Assembly (NCBI GenBank): GCA_003599635.1
Contig: QZIX01000011.1
Location: forward strand, 1 to 47,860
Direction of reading: 5' to 3'
DNA length: 47,860 nt
From: Candidatus Parcubacteria bacterium
Lineage (GTDB): Bacteria; Patescibacteriota; Patescibacteriia; Buchananbacterales; SURF-54
A program made the translations under genes and the position numbers. The notes beneath the pieces were generated by a model, which saw only the letters and a list, made by a program, of their open reading frames with translations, searched no databases and was not told the DNA's origin. Shown here in pieces: positions 1 to 8,857 of the stretch. Each line of letters begins with the position of its first letter. The first letter of the stretch is position 1.

Positions 1-256
1 CTCGGGGACACACCCGCTGGTTAAATTTTAAGCAACGCTTAATTGTTTTTACAGATTTTAACAGAAAGCATTCCAGCAGCGGAAAAAGGACACATGATTA
101 AATCATTCCCTTAATCATACTGGTTCAGTCTGCTAAGTCTGCCTTCCGCCTGTCGCCGAAAGATTTAGTAAGTATTTATGGTAATAAAAACCGTAATAAC
201 TGTCAATACGCTTGACTTATAGGTAATTATCTGCTATATTGATTTATATCAAAATT

Positions 257-466
257 ATGATTTTAGACATAGTCCAAATAGCGGCAGCTATTATTTTAAT
301 TATAATAGTTCTGATGCAAAATCAAGGCGCCGGTCTTGGCGCGGCTTTCGGCGGCGAAGGGAACGTATTCCGCACCAAACGCGGGTTTGAAAAAACTCTT
401 TTTATTTTTACCATCATTATCTCTATAATATTTCTAGCCACAGCTTTGGCCAACGTAATATTATAA
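257..466 (+). CDS. secG: Preprotein translocase subunit SecG
   Basis: Two TM helices with LMQNQGAGLGAAFGG...RTKRGFEKTLF signature; in-frame ATG at 257 preferred over track start 239. Confidence 0.92.
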   Translation: MILDIVQIAAAIILIIIVLMQNQGAGLGAAFGGEGNVFRTKRGFEKTLFIFTIIISIIFLATALANVIL

Positions 467-498
467 AGGAAAATTTTCATAACTAATCTATAGAATAA

Positions 499-2478
499 GT
501 GTTAAATTTGTTTAGAAAAAAGAAAAACGGTTTTTCCAATCCTGAAAACAACAATTCATCATCGACTGATTGGCAGAACGGGCTTGATAAAAAGCTGGTT
601 TCTTCGTTATCGAAAAAAAGAATACCTAACCTTTCGCAATTAAAACATCTAAAAAAAATAATTTCTAAAAAAGAGCTTTGGCTGATACGGATTTGTTTTC
701 TGATAATCGTTGCCAGCGTCGGTTTTCTAGGACTCGGATTTTATCTTGGCAACTTCAGACCCGTGCCCATAACCGGCGGCACCTATACCGAAGCTTTGGT
801 CGGCGCGCCTCAATATATCAATCCCCTGCTGGCCCAGACAAATGATGTGGACAGGGATATTTCGCGGCTGGTTTTTTCGGGATTATTGAAATATGACAAA
901 AACCTAAGTTTGGTTCCTGACCTGGCTTCTGACTACAAGATAAGCGATGATCAGAAAACTTACACCTTTAACTTAAAAAAAAATATCAAATGGCATGACG
1001 GCACGCCGTTTACCGTCGACGACGTAATTTTTACGGTTCAAAGTATCATGGATCCCGATTTTCGCAGTCCCCTGTTGTCGGCATTTAAGGGCGTGACCGT
1101 TTCGAAAATAAATGACGAACAAATTGCTTTCATTTTGCCCGAACCGTTTCCGTCTTTTGTTGAAGCTTTGAATTTCGGCATCTTGCCGGAACACATCTGG
1201 CAGGACGTCCCGCCGATAAACGCGACATTAAACGAATACAACATAAAACCAGTCGGTACCGGCCCCTGGAAGTTTAAAAAATTAAGCAAAGACAATTTTG
1301 GAAACATTAAGTCATATACACTGGAAAGAAACGAAACCTACTACGGAAAACAGCCTTATCTTTCTGAAATTAATTTCAAATTCTATCAGGATTTCGATTC
1401 AGCTGTCAGCGCTTTAAAAAATAAAATCGTTGAAGGCATAAGCTATCTGCCTAAACGGCTGAAAAAAGAATTGTCAGCCAGTACAGGTATTAATTACAAT
1501 TCTTTTTCTCTGCCGCAGTATACAGCAGTATTTTTTAATCAAAAACAAAACGAATTTTTAAAAGAAAAAGATGTCCGCCTGAGTTTAAGCATGGCTGTTG
1601 ATAAAACAAAAATACTCAGCGATGCTCTGCACCTGGAGGGCGAAATAATCGGCGGGCCGATACCGGCCGATTTCCCCGGCTATAATCCGGCGCTGGAAAA
1701 AATCGCCTATAATCAGGAACAAGCGGCTGCCGCTTTGGACACCGCAGGATGGAAAAGGATAAACCAGGAAGAATATAAACAATTGATGCTGGAAGAATTC
1801 AATAAAATGAAAACGGCCGAAGCGAAGGAAAAACCGGAAGCTGAACTGACGGAGGAAGAAAAAAAATCAGCTGAAGAATCTTTGAAAAACGAGCAAGAAG
1901 AATATATAGCGGTAAAATTTAATCCCTCTCAGGAATTCTACCGCGTCAAAGACGGCAAAATTCTGGAAATAACCTTAACAACCGTTGATCAGTCAGAAAA
2001 TGTAAAAGCTGCGGAATTAATAGCCGGCTTTTGGGAAAAAATCGGCGTAAAAACAGTTCTGGAACTGGTAAGCAGTTCTAAAATAAGCCGCGAAACGATC
2101 AAAACCAGAAATTATCAGGCACTGCTTTACGGTGAAATTTTGGGCGCTGATCCTGACCCGTTTCCCTTTTGGCATTCTTCGCAAAGCCAGGATCCCGGGC
2201 TGAATCTGGCTGTTTTTTCCAACAGGCATGTCGACGATATTCTTGAGGAAGCAAGAACAACCAATGATCTGCAAAAAAAACACGAGCTTTACTCCCAGTT
2301 TGAAAAAATTATAGTTACCGAAATCCCGGCCATATTCTTATATAATCCGACGTACACTTACGTTATCGGCAAAAATATCAAGGGAATAGACATTTCCCGC
2401 ATCATCGTGCCATCCGACCGCTTTAATAACCTGGACGGCTGGTATGTTAAGACGAAAATGAAGTATAAAAAAAGCTAG
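499..2478 (+). CDS. ABC transporter substrate-binding protein, family 5 (OppA/DppA-like), membrane anchored
   Basis: LVPDLA, KWHDGTPFTVDDVIFT, PVGTGPW motifs; N-terminal TM helix. Confidence 0.9.
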   Translation: MLNLFRKKKNGFSNPENNNSSSTDWQNGLDKKLVSSLSKKRIPNLSQLKHLKKIISKKELWLIRICFLIIVASVGFLGLGFYLGNFRPVPITGGTYTEALVGAPQYINPLLAQTNDVDRDISRLVFSGLLKYDKNLSLVPDLASDYKISDDQKTYTFNLKKNIKWHDGTPFTVDDVIFTVQSIMDPDFRSPLLSAFKGVTVSKINDEQIAFILPEPFPSFVEALNFGILPEHIWQDVPPINATLNEYNIKPVGTGPWKFKKLSKDNFGNIKSYTLERNETYYGKQPYLSEINFKFYQDFDSAVSALKNKIVEGISYLPKRLKKELSASTGINYNSFSLPQYTAVFFNQKQNEFLKEKDVRLSLSMAVDKTKILSDALHLEGEIIGGPIPADFPGYNPALEKIAYNQEQAAAALDTAGWKRINQEEYKQLMLEEFNKMKTAEAKEKPEAELTEEEKKSAEESLKNEQEEYIAVKFNPSQEFYRVKDGKILEITLTTVDQSENVKAAELIAGFWEKIGVKTVLELVSSSKISRETIKTRNYQALLYGEILGADPDPFPFWHSSQSQDPGLNLAVFSNRHVDDILEEARTTNDLQKKHELYSQFEKIIVTEIPAIFLYNPTYTYVIGKNIKGIDISRIIVPSDRFNNLDGWYVKTKMKYKKS

Positions 2479-2524
2479 CTTCTTTTGTGAAGCTAGCAGC
2501 GATTGTACTAATGCCGTATTCAGT

Positions 2525-2839
2525 TTAAGGTGTTAAGGTGAAATTGAAGGTATTTCTGACAAAAAAACCTATATTGCGTATATCAATAATCCTCCAGAAA
2601 TCGTTGATGGCGGCTCTTATCGACCCGCGCAATGCTTCCGCCTTATCTGTGGGAACGTCCATTGCCAAATAAAGGCGGCTATCCAAGTGCATAACTTTTG
2701 GATTAAAATTAGTCAAATCAACGCTCCCCTTAATCGCCGAAACAATATCATCCAAGTCTTTTACTGAAATAGTGGTTTCTTTCACTGGCAGGAGTACTAG
2801 TACTGTTGTTTTTTCCTCTTCGCAATGAGCCAGGGCCAT
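2525..2839 (-). CDS. Hypothetical protein
   Basis: 104-aa ORF with strong SD (AAGGAGG) before ATG; no recognised motif. Confidence 0.6.
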   Translation of the reverse strand: MALAHCEEEKTTVLVLLPVKETTISVKDLDDIVSAIKGSVDLTNFNPKVMHLDSRLYLAMDVPTDKAEALRGSIRAAINDFWRIIDIRNIGFFVRNTFNFTLTP

Positions 2840-2958
2840 AATTCCTCCTTGTTCTTTTAGTAAAGTACGGACGGCTAAAAAATCATTCCTACGCTTATTA
2901 TATCTTATAAAAATTTAAAAAATTGTCAAATTGGCAATAAACAAAACAAAAACTGTAT

Positions 2959-3083
2959 GTTGATGTGGTGAAACTGGCAACCCAGTACCATACGGTACAG
3001 GGCAAGCACGCTGATAAAAATTTATGCTGAAGTGGCGGAATTGGTATACCCTGTACCATACGGTACAGGGCAAGCGCAGCTTC
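2959..3083 (+). repeat. Two tandem tRNA-Leu 5'-end fragments, each interrupted by the hairpin CCC(T/A)GTACC-ATAC-GGTACAGGG
   Basis: GTTGATGTGGTGAAACTGGCAA and GCTGAAGTGGCGGAATTGGTATA resemble tRNA-Leu 5' ends; each is followed by the same 22-nt hairpin (2981-3002, 3049-3070). Confidence 0.75.
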
Positions 3084-3095
3084 AAATTTACATAT

Positions 3096-3180
3096 GCCGA
3101 TGTGGTGAAATTGGCAAACACGCACGCTTCAGGAGCGTGTGCCGCAAGGCTTGTGGGTTCAAATCCCACCATCGGCACCA
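3096..3180 (+). tRNA. tRNA-Leu(CAG)
   Basis: Acceptor GCCGATG/CATCGGC, anticodon arm CACGC-TTCAGGA-GCGTG, long variable arm, GGTTCAAATCC T-loop, encoded CCA. Confidence 0.97.
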
Positions 3181-3339
3181 TAAAATTTATATTTTTAAAT
3201 AAACAATAATTGCCAATTATAAATTGTTAATTGGCATTCATCTCTAAATTAATTAACTTAAAAATTCCAAACAAATCCCTTTAAATTATAAATTAAAGTA
3301 TTTATCAGGGTTTGATTTTAGAATTATGAAACTTATCCT

Positions 3340-5100
3340 ATGATTGCAAAGACAACAAAACAAGTTAGAACAGGAAAAACCAGAATGCTGTTCAGAAAAA
3401 AAACGGCGAGAAAAACGCCCGTACAAATTACCGGCCAAAAAGAGAAATTAAAAATTATTCCTTTGGGCGGCCTTGAGGAGGTCGGTAGAAATATGATTCT
3501 TTTCGAGTATGGCAGGGATATTATTATTGTAGACATGGGTCTGCAGTTTCCCGAAGAAGACATGCCCGGGATTGATTACGTCATCCCAAATATTTCATAT
3601 CTTAAGGATAAAATAAAAAATATCAGGGGTGTAATAATTACCCATGGCCACTATGACCATATCGGCGCCATACCGCACTTAATGCCCCGGCTGGGAAATC
3701 CCGCCATTTTTACCGCCAGACTGACTGCCGGCATTATCCGAAAAAGGCAGGAAGAACATCAAAATCTGCCCAAACTTAATATTCAGGAAGTAAATGAACA
3801 TTCACGGATTAAGTTAGGCGTCTTTAACCTGGAATTCTTCCATTTAAACCACAATATTCCCGATTCTTTCGGACTTTTTATAAAAACTCCGGTAGGAAAT
3901 CTTGTCCATACCGGCGATTTCAAACTCGATTATAATCCTGTTTATGAAAAGCCGGCTGATCTGAACAGGATCGCCCAAATCGGAAATTCCGGCATACTGG
4001 CTTTGATGTGCGATTCAACAGATGCCGAAGAACCGGGCCATCAGATTTCTGAAAAAGAGGTGGGAATTGAACTTGAAAAAATCTTTGAACAGGCGCCGGG
4101 CAGAATAATTATCGGCACTTTTGCCTCGTTGCTTTCGCGCGTGCAGCAAATTTTCTGGATCGCCGAAAAATTGGGAAAAAAAATTATGGTTGAAGGCCGC
4201 AGCATGAAAACTAACGTGGAAATCGCCCATGAACTGGGCTATCTTAAGTTTAAACCGGAAACCTTAGTTGACGAAAAAAACTTCCGGGAAGTGCCGGAAA
4301 ATAAGCTTATCGTACTGTGCACGGGAGCTCAGGGCGAAAGGCATGCCGTACTGATGAGAATTGCCAACAACGAGCATCGGTTTATCTTTTTCAAAACCAA
4401 AGATACGGTAATTTTTTCCTCATCGGTCGTTCCCGGCAATGAAAGAACGGTTCAGAATTTAAAAGATACCATATACAAACACGACGCCAGAGTCATTCAT
4501 TACCAGATGATGGACATCCACGCCGGCGGTCATGCCAAGCAGGAAGATTTGAAAATGATGATAAGATTGGTTAAACCGCAATTTTACATTCCGATTGAAG
4601 GCAATCACTATATGCTTCGCATCAACGGCGACCTTGGAAAAGCAGTCGGCGTTCCTGAAAATAACATCATTATCGGGGAAAACGGACGGATTATCGAATG
4701 TCAAAAAAACAGCTGCAAACTTACGGCTAAAACGGTGCCGGCTGATTACGTCTTTGTTGACGGCCTTGGCGTTGGTGATGTTTCGCAAATTGTTTTGCGC
4801 GACCGTCAGATGATGGCAGCGGACGGCATGTTGGTCGTTATCGCGACGATCTACAAAAAAACCGGCGCATTGGTGCAAAACCCGGATCTGATATCGCGCG
4901 GCTTTGTGTATTTGAAGGAAAACAAAAAACTGATTGAACAGATAAGAAGCAAAGCAAAAAAAATTATGCATGATTCCGACACCAAATCCCCTGCTTTTGA
5001 AAGTTATATCAAGGATAAAATCAGAAACGACATCGGCCAGTTTATTTATTCCAAAACTAAACGTCGCCCGATGATTTTACCGGTGTTGATTGAAGTCTAA
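3340..5100 (+). CDS. rnj: Ribonuclease J
   Basis: IIPLGGLEEVGRNM, THGHYDHIG, HTGDFK, HAGGHA, C-terminal RRPMILPV. Confidence 0.97.
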   Translation: MIAKTTKQVRTGKTRMLFRKKTARKTPVQITGQKEKLKIIPLGGLEEVGRNMILFEYGRDIIIVDMGLQFPEEDMPGIDYVIPNISYLKDKIKNIRGVIITHGHYDHIGAIPHLMPRLGNPAIFTARLTAGIIRKRQEEHQNLPKLNIQEVNEHSRIKLGVFNLEFFHLNHNIPDSFGLFIKTPVGNLVHTGDFKLDYNPVYEKPADLNRIAQIGNSGILALMCDSTDAEEPGHQISEKEVGIELEKIFEQAPGRIIIGTFASLLSRVQQIFWIAEKLGKKIMVEGRSMKTNVEIAHELGYLKFKPETLVDEKNFREVPENKLIVLCTGAQGERHAVLMRIANNEHRFIFFKTKDTVIFSSSVVPGNERTVQNLKDTIYKHDARVIHYQMMDIHAGGHAKQEDLKMMIRLVKPQFYIPIEGNHYMLRINGDLGKAVGVPENNIIIGENGRIIECQKNSCKLTAKTVPADYVFVDGLGVGDVSQIVLRDRQMMAADGMLVVIATIYKKTGALVQNPDLISRGFVYLKENKKLIEQIRSKAKKIMHDSDTKSPAFESYIKDKIRNDIGQFIYSKTKRRPMILPVLIEV

Positions 5101-5116
5101 ATTAATTTTATTAAAA

Positions 5117-5149
5117 ATAAAACGCCATACTATTAATATGGCGTTTTAT
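5117..5149. terminator. Bidirectional intrinsic terminator
   Basis: ATAAAACGCCATA/TATGGCGTTTTAT stem between convergent genes. Confidence 0.75.
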
Positions 5150-5159
5150 AGTTAAATCA

Positions 5160-5447
5160 CTAACCTTTAGGAGTAAGCCCACTCCATGTACAACCATTAG
5201 ATTCAGTTACTAAAATTTCTGCAGATTTACCAGTTGATTGAACAGCGTTTTCAGCATTAACCAATACTTGTGCTAATTCCTCGGAACTGTTAATAGTATA
5301 TTCACCCCGCGGTAAATAAAAAGTTCTTCCATTATCAGACAAAATAAATCTGCTAAAACCTTCACTTGCCATTGCGTTGTGTAATAGTGTAAAGTCAGGG
5401 TTATAGATACTACTGTGCAACTCAATCCTAACATTATATCTTCTCAT
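5160..5447 (-). CDS. GhoS/DUF2622-like endoribonuclease (type V TA antitoxin family)
   Basis: YNVRIELH...LHNAMASEGFSRFI.SDNG.TFYLPRGEY...ILVTES...WSGL matches the recalled DUF2622 pattern. Confidence 0.75.
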   Translation of the reverse strand: MRRYNVRIELHSSIYNPDFTLLHNAMASEGFSRFILSDNGRTFYLPRGEYTINSSEELAQVLVNAENAVQSTGKSAEILVTESNGCTWSGLTPKG

Positions 5448-5452
5448 CTACT

Positions 5453-5481
5453 TTGACTTTCAAAATTACTTTTGCTAAAAT
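5453..5481 (+). promoter_or_regulatory. Sigma70 promoter overlapped by a 12-bp inverted repeat
   Basis: TTGACT-17-TAAAAT with extended TG; IR TACTTTTGCTAA/TTAGCAAAAGTA at 5467-5497. Confidence 0.6.
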
Positions 5482-5487
5482 AATATT

Positions 5488-5610
5488 AGCAAAAGTACAG
5501 TGTTTAATCTAGCTCGACCTTTCAAAACCTTTCGATCTTAAAGGTTTGCTAGACCACTGAATGAATTAGATATTTAAACCTCCCCCGTCGGGGAGGTTTA
5601 AATTTATTTT
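5488..5610 (+). ncRNA. Candidate structured small RNA
   Basis: Between the promoter and a 14-bp terminator; nested stems CAGTG/CACTG, CTAGC/GCTAG, AAACCTTT/AAAGGTTT. Confidence 0.4.
5572..5603. terminator. Intrinsic terminator (bidirectional)
   Basis: ATTTAAACCTCCCC/GGGGAGGTTTAAAT 14-bp stem. Confidence 0.75.
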
Positions 5611-5981
5611 TTAATCAATTTAATTACAAATAACTTACCAAATTCATCATCATTTACCATTTCCGGGACATACTTATTTTTAAATTCATCAATATTTACA
5701 TCCTTTAAAAAAGTTGTAAAAAATGATCGCGCTACAATTGATCTGGAATTAGTACCCTTGTTTTCGATAAGTTTGAAAGCACTATCGCCTTGATTTCTAA
5801 CAAACTTAAAAGCAATTTTAATTCCATCATCGCTGTTATCAAAAAATAATTCAACATAGTTATAATCGGCTAAATCACTAATTTGTAAAAAATCACCACC
5901 AAATCCAAAAGAATGACTTGATGTTATTGATATAAAACTTGAGTTACGGCGTCCAAATTGGGTAAATTTTTTGAATGTCAT
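5604..5981 (-). CDS. Hypothetical protein (AT-rich)
   Basis: 125-aa ORF ending at the terminator. Confidence 0.65.
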   Translation of the reverse strand: MTFKKFTQFGRRNSSFISITSSHSFGFGGDFLQISDLADYNYVELFFDNSDDGIKIAFKFVRNQGDSAFKLIENKGTNSRSIVARSFFTTFLKDVNIDEFKNKYVPEMVNDDEFGKLFVIKLIKK

Positions 5982-6124
5982 AAATCAAGCATAGCATTGA
6001 AATAAAACGTTGTCAAATTAAAAAAGTAGCAGATAATCAGCAAGAACTAGTGTAAAATTACAATTGTAATAGTATATGAATTAAAGTTATCCACAAGAAT
6101 TATAATTATAAAATAAAAATTTTT

Positions 6125-6153
6125 TTGACAAATCTTTGGAGATAAGATAAAAT
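6125..6153 (+). promoter_or_regulatory. Sigma70 promoter of the T-box leader
   Basis: TTGACA-17-TAAAAT. Confidence 0.7.
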
Positions 6154-6159
6154 AGCAGT

Positions 6160-6476
6160 ACATTGAAAACTGCTAAAACCTACATTTAGGTCCTCCGATG
6201 CCAAATCGGAGGATTGGGCCTAAATTAAGCTTATTGCCTGGGTGGTCAATGCGCCAGTGTTGACCCGGCCGGCTCCGTAACCATAGCCTAACTGATGTCG
6301 TTTACCCTGAGTTTGTCAAAGGGTGAAGTCATGAGTCAGTAAAAGAGGATTATCCGTTTTTACTGACGGATTTTTTTAAATCTGTCGCGGGTAATCAACA
6401 AAGGTGGCACCGCGGAAATTAAATCCGCCCTTTGTACAATAGCTGTTGTTATTGTATTAAGGGGGGATTTTTTTAT
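6160..6476 (+). promoter_or_regulatory. T-box riboswitch leader with antiterminator and terminator
   Basis: AAAGG-TGGCACC-GCGG...CCGC-CCTTT antiterminator (6400-6433); alternative terminator AAATCCGCCC/GGGGGGATTT plus T run; CCGTAA-type element upstream. Confidence 0.8.
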
Positions 6477-6547
6477 TCACTAAGATGCCATCCTGAATTT
6501 ATTTCAGGATCCCAAACTGACTAATCTGAACCTTAAGGAGGAAAAGC

Positions 6548-6685
6548 ATGGATGCATCAACAAAATTGTGTCCGCTCTGCCATCACAATATGAAGCAAAT
6601 TGATGAAAGACGGCAAGGTTTCGGCCAAGGATCATCAAAAGTCTGGGTTTGCGAAAATCCTGCCTGCGGACACAGAATGTGCTAA
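6548..6685 (+). CDS. 45-aa zinc-ribbon-like peptide (not in ORF track)
   Basis: SD AAGGAGG; MDASTKLCPLCHHNMKQIDERRQGFGQGSSKVWVCENPACGHRMC with CxxC...CxxxxC. Confidence 0.7.
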   Translation: MDASTKLCPLCHHNMKQIDERRQGFGQGSSKVWVCENPACGHRMC

Positions 6686-6700
6686 CAGCATTCTAATTTT

Positions 6701-6734
6701 TGAGGGAGGAATTAATCTTCCTCCCTCACTCTTT
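6701..6734 (+). terminator. Intrinsic terminator
   Basis: TGAGGGAGGAA/TTCCTCCCTCA stem then CTCTTT. Confidence 0.6.
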
Positions 6735-6888
6735 CTAAAACCCATATAACATACTATTTTTTCAAAAATAAAGCCTCTGAAACCTGCCGAATACCTACTT
6801 ATCGTTCTTAACCCTTCACTAACCTTAAACTTTTAAGGCCGAAAGCCTCAGGCGGAGTTCTGGAGCAAAAATTAATTAGGAGATTATC

Positions 6889-7116
6889 ATGGCCAACCAA
6901 TCCGCACCTTCAATTGTTAATCAGCCCTTGCCGATGAAAATGGAAATTGAATTTTGCTTTCCGGAAAAAGTATACAGGCGATGGCAATTTGAGAATCAGT
7001 ATCCAAGCCGTGAAGAATTCCATGATCATCTTACAGGCTGCAGAACCTGCCAGATGGCAATATTCTTATTACGGGGAGGCAGAGGAAAAAATGGCAAAAC
7101 GGTAATAATAAAATAG
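6889..7116 (+). CDS. Small protein with HxxxCxxC (zf-HC2/anti-sigma-like) motif
   Basis: SD AGGAG; FHDHLTGCRTCQ. Confidence 0.55.
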   Translation: MANQSAPSIVNQPLPMKMEIEFCFPEKVYRRWQFENQYPSREEFHDHLTGCRTCQMAIFLLRGGRGKNGKTVIIK

Positions 7117-7163
7117 ATAAAAATACGGCGGCATTAATTTACTAATGCCGCTTTTTCTAAAAG

Positions 7164-7372
7164 TTTATTGTAATTAAATTTTGAATTAGAAAAAACACTA
7201 CCATATATCGTTATATGGTAGTGACCAATTTTCAAAATAAAAGGATGCCAGCAAACGGTACTACCAGATAATATAGCGAGTTTTATTGCTACATTGGCCG
7301 CCACCTTTTCTTAAATTTATTGTAATTTAATTTTGAATTAGAAGAAACACTATCATATATCGTTATATGGTA
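7164..7372. repeat. 57-bp direct repeat, two copies (7164-7220, 7316-7372), each ending in a hairpin
   Basis: TTTATTGTAATT(A/T)AATTTTGAATTAGAA(A/G)AAACACTA(C/T)CATATATCGTTATATGGTA. Confidence 0.85.
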
Positions 7373-7592
7373 ACAAAAAAAAATTACAACAAAACATATA
7401 AAAAAGGGAAGACCTTTGTCTTCCCCGCGGAATTGCTTGTCTACTCACCCAGGATCTGAGCTTGCATAGCGAGTAATTCTGCCCGTGTGAGCGTTAACAT
7501 TCCCAACAAAATTTGAGGGCGGCCGCTAACCATAATACTTCTCTTTATTTTATAGCTATCCTGATTTGATTAAATTCCCATCCGCTTAGGTT

Positions 7593-7621
7593 TTGACTTC
7601 AACAAATTTTAATAGTAAAAT
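7593..7621 (+). promoter_or_regulatory. Sigma70 promoter directly upstream of trpS
   Basis: TTGACT-17-TAAAAT, 16 nt before the ATG. Confidence 0.65.
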
Positions 7622-7636
7622 ATAAATATTATCTCT

Positions 7637-8836
7637 ATGACAGACGTTATTTTATCAGGTATACAACCCTCGGGAAAATTGCATATCGGGAACTATCTCG
7701 GCTCGCTTAAAAACTTTGTCGAATTGCAAAACAAATACGACTGCTATTTTTTTATTGCCGACTATCATTCCATAACCGAAGATTATGAGCCGAAAATAAA
7801 ACCACAGCAGATAATCGATCTGGCTAAGGACTATCTGGCTGCGGGATTGAACCCGAAGAAATCAAACTTGTTTGTCCAGTCCCATCTCCCTGAACATACG
7901 GAACTGGCGTGGATTTTTAACTGCCTAACACCAGTAAGTTATCTACTCCGAATGACACAATTTAAAGACAAATCTGCTATCATTGACCTAAAAAAAACTG
8001 TAGCGGGATCTAACTCTCCAATTGAAGTTAAAAATAAAGATAAGAGTTTAAAGGAACTAGATCTTATTTCAAAGTCAACAGATAATAAAGCATTACAACT
8101 TAAACTTAATAAAATTCTAGATATGGCTTTAACAGAAAGAATCGAAGAAGTTGGAGAAAAAGTCACCCACCTAAAAGAATTAAGTTCACTTTATAAAGAA
8201 TTAAATAATCTGTTTAAACTTCAAAAATCAAATACTGGACTTTTAACTTACCCTGTACTGCAAGCGGCTGATATTTTAATGTATAAAGCCACAGCCGTAC
8301 CGGTCGGCGTAGACCAGGATCAGCACGTGGAACTGACGCGCCAAATCGCCAGGTTCTTCAACAACCGTTTTGGTAAAACTTTTCCCGAACCAAAAATTTT
8401 ACATACGGAAACTCCAAAAATAATGAGCATAGTTGAACCCGAAAAAAAGATGTCCAAAAGTTTAGGCGATAACCACTGCATTTATATAGAAGACGAAATT
8501 GATGCCATAAAAGAAAAATTGGCCAAAGCGCCGACAGATTCCGGAGATGCCACAAGCTTGGGCGCCAAAAATTTGTTGGCACTATGTAAAATATTTTCGA
8601 AAGCTGAAACCTGCCATAAATTTACTAATGACGCACAGACAGGCAAATTAAAATATTCCGAACTAAAAAATCAACTGGCAGCTGATATTGCCGGATATTT
8701 TCAAAGCTATCGCAAAAATAAAAAACAAATTAAAGACAACGAAGTAAAAAAGGTCCTGGCAGCCGGTGCCGAAAAAGCCGCCAAAATTGCCAAAGCCACC
8801 ATGGCTGATGTTAGAAAAAAAATCGGCGTCAGATAA
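7637..8836 (+). CDS. trpS: Tryptophan--tRNA ligase with large internal insertion
   Basis: SGIQPSGKLHIGNYLG, YPVLQAADIL, VPVGVDQDQHVELTR, KMSKS. Confidence 0.97.
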   Translation: MTDVILSGIQPSGKLHIGNYLGSLKNFVELQNKYDCYFFIADYHSITEDYEPKIKPQQIIDLAKDYLAAGLNPKKSNLFVQSHLPEHTELAWIFNCLTPVSYLLRMTQFKDKSAIIDLKKTVAGSNSPIEVKNKDKSLKELDLISKSTDNKALQLKLNKILDMALTERIEEVGEKVTHLKELSSLYKELNNLFKLQKSNTGLLTYPVLQAADILMYKATAVPVGVDQDQHVELTRQIARFFNNRFGKTFPEPKILHTETPKIMSIVEPEKKMSKSLGDNHCIYIEDEIDAIKEKLAKAPTDSGDATSLGAKNLLALCKIFSKAETCHKFTNDAQTGKLKYSELKNQLAADIAGYFQSYRKNKKQIKDNEVKKVLAAGAEKAAKIAKATMADVRKKIGVR

Positions 8837-8857
8837 TTATTAATAATAGGAGGGGAA

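Noticed and set aside
2959-3083. CRISPR array
   Set aside because: Only two repeat copies, the intervening sequence is tRNA-like, and no cas genes are in the window
2898-3209. Three short ORFs in the track
   Set aside because: They overlap the tRNA and its fragments; spurious
6087-6095. DnaA box TTATCCACA as an origin
   Set aside because: Single box, no cluster and no dnaA nearby
7976-8230. Intein or intron in trpS
   Set aside because: No splice-junction residues or endonuclease motifs; frame is open
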